DNA of 64,000 bases from positions 3,178 to 67,177 of the forward strand of contig JAZUCM010000102.1 of assembly GCA_045639085.1 (NCBI GenBank). The letters run 5' to 3'. Every line of letters starts with the position of its first letter. Position 1 is the first letter of the stretch. The notes below the pieces were generated by a model, which saw only the letters and a list, made by a program, of their open reading frames with translations, was not told the origin of the DNA and did no database searches. This document shows positions 58,062 through 64,000 of this stretch, piece after piece. The stretch is from Candidatus Gastranaerophilus bacterium (lineage in GTDB: Bacteria; Cyanobacteriota; Vampirovibrionia; Gastranaerophilales; Gastranaerophilaceae). Made by a program: the position numbers and the translations under genes.

Positions 58062-58292
58062 ATGGAGCAAATTTTACAGTTATCACCATTAATTTTAGTT
58101 GTTATGATGTTTTTTATTCAACATAAAATTTTTGTCACCCCTGAACAGTTGGAGAAAAAACATCGTGAGATATTAGAAAGTGTTGAACAACACTTTGTGT
58201 CTGTTCACTGTTTCACCGACCTGAAAGAACAAGTCGGTGAAATGAAAGATAAAATTGATAAAATTTATGATTGCTTAATTACTTTTAAGTGA
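58062..58292 (+). CDS. Small membrane protein (76 aa; holin- or spanin-like candidate)
   Basis: N-terminal TM helix (LSPLILVVMMFFI) followed by a charged helical tail. GAGG SD. It is the last ORF of the cluster and overlaps the convergent TerC-like gene by 18 nt. Confidence 0.4.
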   Translation: MEQILQLSPLILVVMMFFIQHKIFVTPEQLEKKHREILESVEQHFVSVHCFTDLKEQVGEMKDKIDKIYDCLITFK

Positions 58293-59321
58293 TTTTTTGT
58301 TGTGAATTATTGATGAAACTAATGAAAGAACGATAAAGACCAGGCCGATAATCCCTGTGATAACCTCAGGAACTTCGATTTTTGTTGAAATCAACATAAT
58401 AATCGCGAGAGCCCCGATTGCCCAGTGTGCACCGTGTTCAAGGTATAAAAATTTCGCCAAAGTCTTTTTCTCAACCAGCATAACGGTCAGTGAACGCACA
58501 AACATCGCACCGATGGCTAATCCGATGGAAATTATGATGATGTCTTTGCTTAGCGCGAACGCTCCCAAAACCCCGTCAAGAGAGAACGAGGCGTCTATTA
58601 ATTCCAAATACATAAAAGAAACAAATCCGCCACAAGCTACATTCTGCGCACATTTGCTAACGCGTTGCTGTTCCCGTTTTTCAAGATAATGCGACAAGCC
58701 GTCAATTGCAAGGTAGGTTATTACGCCGAAAATCCCCGAAATAATGATTGACATTTTTGTTTCTATGTCCGGGGTATAGTTTTGCGTAATCATTAATGCA
58801 ATCAATGCGACGATAACTTCTATTCCTCTAATATTGTCAAGGTGAGAGATCCAATTTTCAATAGGTTTTATCCAATGAATGGTTTTTTCGTGGTCGAAAA
58901 AGTAATGCAAAAACAGCATTAGAAGGAAAATTCCGCCGAAAGATACAATTGGCGCATGGGTAAGGTGTAGATAGTGCGCGTATTGTTCTGAATCATTAAG
59001 AGCGATGCGCGCGACATCCCCCATACTGAGGTTCGCAAAAATCGAAACAACAAGTATCGGGAATAAAAATCTCATCCCAAAAACCGCAATTGCGATACCC
59101 CAAGTTAAAAATCGTTGGCGCCAAATTTTGGACATTTTTTCCAGTTTCATCGCATTTACAACTGCGTTGTCGAATGATAAACTTACTTCTAACACCGCAA
59201 GTATTGCGACGATAAAAATACTTGTCCAGCCGGAGCCGGGATGAACGTGTTCTGCCCAGAAATATGCAGCAATTATGCCCAGAATGGTTACAAGGTAAGA
59301 ACCAAAGAAATATTGTAACAT
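58275..59321 (-). CDS. TerC-related integral membrane protein (DUF475-like)
   Basis: Polytopic protein with EVSLSFDNAVVNA and ELIDASFSLDGV repeat motifs, typical of the TerC/DUF475 superfamily. Its start overlaps the miaB stop (TAATG). Confidence 0.7.
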   Translation of the reverse strand: MLQYFFGSYLVTILGIIAAYFWAEHVHPGSGWTSIFIVAILAVLEVSLSFDNAVVNAMKLEKMSKIWRQRFLTWGIAIAVFGMRFLFPILVVSIFANLSMGDVARIALNDSEQYAHYLHLTHAPIVSFGGIFLLMLFLHYFFDHEKTIHWIKPIENWISHLDNIRGIEVIVALIALMITQNYTPDIETKMSIIISGIFGVITYLAIDGLSHYLEKREQQRVSKCAQNVACGGFVSFMYLELIDASFSLDGVLGAFALSKDIIIISIGLAIGAMFVRSLTVMLVEKKTLAKFLYLEHGAHWAIGALAIIMLISTKIEVPEVITGIIGLVFIVLSLVSSIIHNKKSLKSN

Positions 59322-60646
59322 TATATCAATTCTCCATTAATGTACCAGGTTTTTGCGCCAACTATTTTTACGTTGACAAATTCACCTGTGCGGTCTGTAT
59401 CGCAAGGAATATGGACTATTTTGTTGTTTCTGGTTCTGCCGGTTATAACATTTTTGCCTTTGTGATTTTCGAAACTTTCTACCAAAACTTCCATTTCTCG
59501 TCCGACGAATTTTTTATTTGATTTTAGACAATTTTCTTTGACCTTATCGTTGAGGCGTTTCAAGCGCTCGAATTTTGTTTCTTCATCGATGTATTTGTCA
59601 ACCCATTTTGCGGCGACGGTTTTTTCTCTCGGTGAATATGCCGCGGTGTTTGAATAATCCAATTCAAATTCATCAATTGCGGTAAGGGTTTCGACGAATT
59701 GTTCTTCAGATTCACCCGGAAATCCGGCGATAAAATCGCTTGTAATCGTTACATCTTTAACTTTATCGCGAACTTTTTGTACAATTTTTGCATATTCTTC
59801 GCGGTTGTAACGGCGATTCATTTTTTTGAGAACTTCACTTGAGCCTGATTGCATTGGAATATGGAAGTATTCACAAACCTTATCGAGTTTTATTGCGGTT
59901 TCTATGAGTTCGTCGCTGATATCTGTCGGATAAGATGTTACAAAACGGATTCTAAACTGTCCGTCAAGCGCGTTTAAATCTTCTAAAAGTTGCGCAAGGC
60001 GGTAGTGCTTGTCTTTAAAATCTTTGCCGTAGCTATCAACGTTTTGGCCAAGTAGCGTTATTTCTTTAAACCCTTGAGCCAGCGCGTCTTTTGCTTCTTT
60101 TATGATTATTTCCGGCAATCGAGAACGCTCTCGGCCGCGAGTGTAAGGTACGATGCAATATGTGCAGAAGTTGTTGCAACCTTCTGTTATCGGTATCCAA
60201 GCATTAACACTTTTTACTCGTTTTATTGGATAATCTTTTGCAATGTTATCTTCAACTGAATGGCTTTCTTCGCACTCACAAACCTTTTCGCCAAGATTGA
60301 CACGTTTGATGATTTCCGGCAGCTTGTAAATGTGGTGTGTGCCCAATACAAAATCTATATAATGCGCACGCTTAAAAAGGGCTTCGCCTTTTTGTTGCGC
60401 AACGCAACCGCAAAAACCGATTTTTAAATCCGGTTTATTTTTCTTCCATTTGCCCCACAATCCGATTGCGCTGTATGCCTTGTCTTCACTAAGTTGGCGA
60501 ATAGAACAAGTATTAATCATTAATAAATCGGCTTCTTTGGGGTCGTTAGTCTCTTCATAATCGAAGTGAGAGAGCATGCCAAGCATTCTTTCTGTGTCTG
60601 ATTTATTCATTTGGCAGCCCATTGTTTCTATATAAACTTTTTTCAT
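59321..60646 (-). CDS. miaB: tRNA-2-methylthio-N6-dimethylallyladenosine synthase (radical SAM methylthiotransferase)
   Basis: N-terminal MTTase Cys triad context (TMGCQMN, NTCSIR, GCVAQ), radical SAM CNNFCTYCIVP and a TRAM C-terminus. Confidence 0.85.
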   Translation of the reverse strand: MKKVYIETMGCQMNKSDTERMLGMLSHFDYEETNDPKEADLLMINTCSIRQLSEDKAYSAIGLWGKWKKNKPDLKIGFCGCVAQQKGEALFKRAHYIDFVLGTHHIYKLPEIIKRVNLGEKVCECEESHSVEDNIAKDYPIKRVKSVNAWIPITEGCNNFCTYCIVPYTRGRERSRLPEIIIKEAKDALAQGFKEITLLGQNVDSYGKDFKDKHYRLAQLLEDLNALDGQFRIRFVTSYPTDISDELIETAIKLDKVCEYFHIPMQSGSSEVLKKMNRRYNREEYAKIVQKVRDKVKDVTITSDFIAGFPGESEEQFVETLTAIDEFELDYSNTAAYSPREKTVAAKWVDKYIDEETKFERLKRLNDKVKENCLKSNKKFVGREMEVLVESFENHKGKNVITGRTRNNKIVHIPCDTDRTGEFVNVKIVGAKTWYINGELI

Positions 60647-60648
60647 TT

Positions 60649-61353
60649 TTATTCCTTATATTCCTGTATTGATAGGGATTCCACCCCTTCGAGTTTGTTA
60701 AATACTTTGTAAGTTGTCTCTATTGGCGTCTTGCCGACAACTTCAATTACGACGTTTATTTTAGAACGTTCGCTGTCTGGTTTTTGGATTTTTTTTGTTA
60801 TTTCAAAAAGTTTAGGGTACTTATTGATAACGAAATCGTAAATGCTGTCTACGGTTTCGGTCGGACAAGTAAGATTTATGCTCAAGCGTTTTGTGTTTTT
60901 TGTGCTTTTGATAATATTGGATTTTTCAAAAACTCTGACGGAGACCAATACCAATATGGACATGATTGTTGCCACGATGGCCAGAACATAAAGTCCGGCA
61001 CCGCACGCCATACCGATACTTGCGACCATCCATAACGTTGCGGCTGTAGTTAGCCCAAAAACGGTTGCACCGTGACGAAGTACCGTTCCGCCACCGATAA
61101 AACCAATACCTGTAACGACTTGCGCTGCTACCCTGGCCGTGTCGCGAATCCCATTGGCATGCTCATCTGTCACGACGGTTGGAAATCCGTAAATAGAAAT
61201 TATCGTAAAAAGGCATGCTCCAAGACATACCAAAATATTTGTCCTTAAACCGGCATACTTGTTTGTCATTTCGCGCTCTAGGCCGATTGCAAAAGCGAGC
61301 ATTGTCGCACTAAAAATACGTAATAAAATCTCTAAAGTTGAACCCAGTTCCAT
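60649..61353 (-). CDS. mgtC: MgtC/SapB family protein
   Basis: LLRIFSATMLAFAIGLEREMTNKYAGLRTNILVCLGACLF is the MgtC signature. A soluble ACT-like C-terminal domain follows. Start trimmed to MELGST. Confidence 0.8.
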   Translation of the reverse strand: MELGSTLEILLRIFSATMLAFAIGLEREMTNKYAGLRTNILVCLGACLFTIISIYGFPTVVTDEHANGIRDTARVAAQVVTGIGFIGGGTVLRHGATVFGLTTAATLWMVASIGMACGAGLYVLAIVATIMSILVLVSVRVFEKSNIIKSTKNTKRLSINLTCPTETVDSIYDFVINKYPKLFEITKKIQKPDSERSKINVVIEVVGKTPIETTYKVFNKLEGVESLSIQEYKE

Positions 61354-61461
61354 AACTATCCCTTTTTTTGACCATTGTAGCATAGACTTGAACAAATCAC
61401 AAAATACGTTAATGTAATCTCGGCGTTTTTATTTACATTACTTAAAAATCTTTGTTTCGAC

Positions 61462-61623
61462 TTGACAACAAATTATATCTTTGCGATAATCAAAATAGTG
61501 TATTAGCGGGCAACTCGTCTTTAAATACCCTGAAAAGCCGAAATTTAGCTGGTGGCGCGTGTCGCTGTTTGCGTTTTGGGCATGCGAAAGGGTTACGAGT
61601 CCCAAAGCGAAAGGAAAAGAAAA
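61462..61623 (+). promoter_or_regulatory. Promoter plus ~125-nt structured leader of the rplU-rpmA operon
   Basis: TTGACA (61462-61467), a 17-nt spacer, GATAAT (61485-61490), then a GC-richer leader with complementary segments (ttttgggc...gtcccaaag) before the rplU SD. Confidence 0.45.
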
Positions 61624-61974
61624 ATGTACGCAATCGTAGAAACTGGTGGCAAGCAATACCAAGTTGAAGAAGGACGTTATTTAGACGTTGAATTGCTTGA
61701 AGGTGAAAAAGATTCAAAAGTAGTTTTTGATAAAATAATCATGGTTGTTAACGGTAAAAAATCTAAAGTTGGCCAACCGTACGTAGAAGGCGCTAGCGCT
61801 GAAGGTACAATCATGCTTCACGATAAATCTAAAAAAGTTATCGTCTTCAAACAAAGACCTAAAAAAGGTAACAGAAAAAAACAAGGCCACAGACAAGGCT
61901 TTACAAGAGTTATGATTAACAAAATCAGAACTTCTGCACAAAAGAAAGCTGATGCAGCAACTGTTGAAGAATAA
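61624..61974 (+). CDS. rplU: 50S ribosomal protein L21 (with Lys-rich C-terminal extension)
   Basis: [17 protein letters not shown] is the L21 signature. I reject the upstream part of the track ORF. Confidence 0.9.
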   Translation: MYAIVETGGKQYQVEEGRYLDVELLEGEKDSKVVFDKIIMVVNGKKSKVGQPYVEGASAEGTIMLHDKSKKVIVFKQRPKKGNRKKQGHRQGFTRVMINKIRTSAQKKADAATVEE

Positions 61975-62004
61975 GTTACAAAACTAACATAAGGAGATAT
62001 AAAA

Positions 62005-62262
62005 ATGGCACATAAGAAAGGTATGGGATCCACCCGTAACGGTCGTGACTCCGAGGCGAAGCGCTTAGGTGTTAAGAAGTTCGGTGGTGAGGCTGTTAAA
62101 GCCGGCAATATCATCGTTCGCCAAAGAGGAACTAAATTCCACCCTGGCAACAACGTTGGTATCGGTAGTGACGATACTTTGTTCGCTTTGATTGACGGAA
62201 ACGTTAAGTTTGAAGCGTACAGACGTGACAGACGTCAAGTTAGCGTTTACGCGGCTGGCTAG
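62005..62262 (+). CDS. rpmA: 50S ribosomal protein L27
   Basis: [29 protein letters not shown]...[12 protein letters not shown] is the L27 signature. There is no N-terminal propeptide. Confidence 0.95.
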   Translation: MAHKKGMGSTRNGRDSEAKRLGVKKFGGEAVKAGNIIVRQRGTKFHPGNNVGIGSDDTLFALIDGNVKFEAYRRDRRQVSVYAAG

Positions 62263-62280
62263 TCACAAAAGAAAGTAAGA

Positions 62281-62318
62281 AGTAAAGAGAGCGCTAGGTT
62301 TTTGCGCTCTCTTTTACT
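62281..62318 (+). terminator. Stem-loop after rpmA
   Basis: agtaaagagagcgc taggttttt gcgctctcttttact: a 14-bp stem, with the T-run partly inside the stem. Confidence 0.55.
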
Positions 62319-62375
62319 GTGAAAATTTACCGTGAAAAATTTTTCCTATAAAAACCAAAGGAATTTTAATTAATT

Positions 62376-63062
62376 ATGCAAATTCAAGCCTTAAATTGTC
62401 AATGTCGAGAAAAATACGAGCGACCAGGTTTCCCAAAATTAAACTTTGGGACTATCGTCAAAAACGATTCTTCTAAAATTTTGAAATGGGATAAATCCGG
62501 GCTTAAAGATAAGATTGTGTGTATTGTCTCTGGACCTTCAGGAACGGGAAAAGATAGTATTATCAACGCTTTTGATGAGAAATATAAATTCTTTTCCAAA
62601 GTCGTAACTTGTACGACAAGACCGCCGCGTCCTGGTGAGGTCAATGGGGTGAACTATCATTTTTTGTCAAACGATGAGTTCCAAAAAGGGATTGAAAACG
62701 ACGAGTTTTTAGAGTATGTCAACGTTTATGCGGATAAATTTTATGGTACTCGCAAGAAAGATGTCGATGAGGCGCTTGAGACCGGAAAAAACGTTGTGAT
62801 GCTTTTGGATGTTGACGGGGCGATGAAAGTTAAGGAAAAACGCCCGAATTCTTTGATGTTGTTTATTTCGCCACCTTCAATAGAGGAACTCATGCGTCGT
62901 TTGGTTAATCGTGGCACTGAAACTATGGCTGCGATTCGAGAACGAGTCGGCAAAGCATCTTACGAACTTGAGTTTAAAGACAAGTATGATGTGGTTTTGC
63001 AAAATGATAAGTTAGATGAAAGCGTGAAAGAATTGGCCCAGGTCTTTAAATTGGATAAGTAA
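62376..63062 (+). CDS. gmk: Guanylate kinase (with ~45-aa N-terminal extension if the ATG at 62376 is used)
   Basis: P-loop SGPSGTGKDS, TTRPPRPGEVNGVNYHF and YGT blocks. There is no internal Met before the P-loop. An alternative GTG at about 62509 lacks an SD. Confidence 0.85.
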   Translation: MQIQALNCQCREKYERPGFPKLNFGTIVKNDSSKILKWDKSGLKDKIVCIVSGPSGTGKDSIINAFDEKYKFFSKVVTCTTRPPRPGEVNGVNYHFLSNDEFQKGIENDEFLEYVNVYADKFYGTRKKDVDEALETGKNVVMLLDVDGAMKVKEKRPNSLMLFISPPSIEELMRRLVNRGTETMAAIRERVGKASYELEFKDKYDVVLQNDKLDESVKELAQVFKLDK

Positions 63063-63092
63063 TATTGGAAATTTTTGTGTTAAAATTTTGGT

Positions 63093-63542
63093 ATGGAAAG
63101 AAAAATTATTACAACAAATAGAAAAGCGTTTCACGACTACATTGTTTTTGAAAAATATGTGGCCGGAATTGTCCTGTGCGGCACGGAAATAAAGTCGGTA
63201 AGGCAAAACTTAGTTAATTTGAAGGACAGTTTTTGCAGTTTTGTCGGTGATGAGTTGTTTTTGTACAAATGCCATATTTCGCCTTATGATCATGGAAATA
63301 GGTATAACCACGAGCCGGAGCGGCTTAGAAAATTGTTGTTGACGAAACGTGAATTGCTCAAAATTTCTCAAAAGGTCAAAAAAGAAGGTTACACGATTGT
63401 TCCGTTGGAATTGTTTTTTGTACAAGGGCTTGCGAAGCTTGAGATTGCCCTGGTAAAGGGTAAAAAATTGCACGATAAACGTGATGATTTAACCAAAAAA
63501 GATCAGAAACGTGAAATGGAACGTGCGTCAAAAATTCGTTAG
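63093..63542 (+). CDS. smpB: SsrA-binding protein
   Basis: NRKAFHDYIVFEKYVAGIVLCGTEIKSVR and RLRKLLLTKRELLKI blocks. Confidence 0.9.
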   Translation: MERKIITTNRKAFHDYIVFEKYVAGIVLCGTEIKSVRQNLVNLKDSFCSFVGDELFLYKCHISPYDHGNRYNHEPERLRKLLLTKRELLKISQKVKKEGYTIVPLELFFVQGLAKLEIALVKGKKLHDKRDDLTKKDQKREMERASKIR

Positions 63543-63553
63543 GAAGGTTTTCT

Positions 63554-64000
63554 GTGAAAGTAGTTTTGGCGGGAAAGGGTCTTATGTTGGGCGCACTGAT
63601 TGAAGGGTGCCTGGCTTGTGGCGGTGTCGATGTTGTTGGTGTTTTGCGATATGAAAACTTGATTTCGCCGCGTTGGCGTTTGAAGTTGGCTGACTTTTTC
63701 AAACCGTCGGTGGAAAACACTTTGATTAAAAAATACGGGTTGCAAGATTTGTCGTTTAAATCGATGAATAGTCCTGATTTCCGGCGTTTTTTGTTAAAAA
63801 ATAATGTTGATTTGTTGCTTGTTGGAACTTGGCGTGAAAAGTTGCAGCGTGCAACGTTTGAGGTGCCCAAATTAGCGACTGTTAATGTGCATCCGTCGCT
63901 TTTGCCGCGTTATCGCGGTCCGAATCCTTATTTGCAGGTTATAAAACACCAGGAAATGTTTTCAGGATTTACGTTTCATTTGGTTGATGAGGGGTTTGAT
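63554..64000 (+). CDS. Formyltransferase family protein (Fmt-like), N-terminal part, runs off the window
   Basis: Hand translation from GTG 63554 (AGGAAGG SD) gives VKVVLAGKG...VNVHPSLLPRYRGPNP, the formyl-transferase HxSLLPxxRG motif. The frame stays open to the window end. Confidence 0.7.
   Translation, partial: MKVVLAGKGLMLGALIEGCLACGGVDVVGVLRYENLISPRWRLKLADFFKPSVENTLIKKYGLQDLSFKSMNSPDFRRFLLKNNVDLLLVGTWREKLQRATFEVPKLATVNVHPSLLPRYRGPNPYLQVIKHQEMFSGFTFHLVDEGFD

Larger units (their letters stand above)
48601..58292 (+). mobile_element. Compact phage-derived gene cluster (head, packaging and lysis genes only): GTA-like element, capsid-forming satellite or prophage remnant
   Basis: Thirteen co-directional, tightly spaced or overlapping ORFs include TerS, TerL, a portal-sized protein, capsid-like and scaffold-like proteins, and an amidase. 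I recognise no integrase, replication, repressor or tail-fibre gene. The cluster lies between two minus-strand host operons. Confidence 0.6.

Noticed and set aside
58275-58295. Possible att-site repeat: the 9-mer taagtgatt occurs at both island flanks (near 48267 and 58286)
   Set aside because: A 9-nt match between two flanks of this size is within chance expectation by my rough estimate. No longer direct repeat was visible by eye, and a computational repeat search is needed.
61552-61623. 24-codon N-terminal extension of rplU in the ORF track
   Set aside because: The canonical L21 N-terminus [12 protein letters not shown] starts at 61624 and is preceded by an A/G-rich SD region. The extension lies in the structured leader.
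63376-63870. 164-aa minus-strand ORF overlapping smpB and the formyltransferase gene
   Set aside because: It lies antisense to two recognisable genes and I recognise no motif. It is a shadow ORF.
1-64000. rRNA, tRNA, tmRNA or CRISPR arrays
   Set aside because: Scanning intergenic regions by eye found no T-loop-like GGTTCGAATCC-type motifs, no rRNA-like conserved blocks and no regular repeat-spacer arrays. A tRNAscan or Infernal run would be needed to confirm absence.

Overview
A moderately AT-rich (by eye) bacterial chromosomal segment, mostly housekeeping genes. The RNA polymerase operon is rpoB-rpoC1-rpoC2 with beta-prime split into two ORFs (569 aa and 1292 aa). That split is the hallmark of Cyanobacteriota. 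No photosynthesis genes appear in the window, so I infer a non-photosynthetic cyanobacterial relative (Melainabacteria/Vampirovibrionia-like); this is inference only. Recognisable genes: rnpA (partial), rpmH, proC, gshB, ribD, nagZ, thrS, ileS, a DAACS symporter, mgtE, mgtC, miaB, deoC, rplU, rpmA, gmk, smpB, an LCP protein, a nitroreductase, a 5'-nucleotidase, an MTHFS and a solute-binding lipoprotein. Two giant AsmA/TamB-like envelope proteins and several lineage-specific membrane or coiled-coil ORFs are also present. The most unusual region is a compact (~9.7 kb), single-strand, tightly packed phage-derived cluster at 48.6-58.3 kb. It encodes a LuxR-type HTH protein, an amidase, capsid-like, scaffold-like and portal-sized proteins, small and large terminase, and a GNAT. 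I see no integrase, replication, repressor or tail-fibre genes, and it lies between the rpoB promoter region and a TerC-like gene. Candidates are a GTA-like or particle-forming domesticated element, a capsid-forming satellite, or a prophage remnant. Upstream of it is a 20-bp perfect palindrome plus 14-bp-phased TGTGGACA repeats. Other non-coding signals: related long imperfect hairpin elements in both rpo intergenic spacers, a His6 mini-ORF ahead of an orphan membrane gene, and a promoter-leader-terminator arrangement ahead of mgtE. I recognised no rRNA, tRNA or CRISPR array. All functional calls rest on motif recognition in the supplied translations; no database search was possible.
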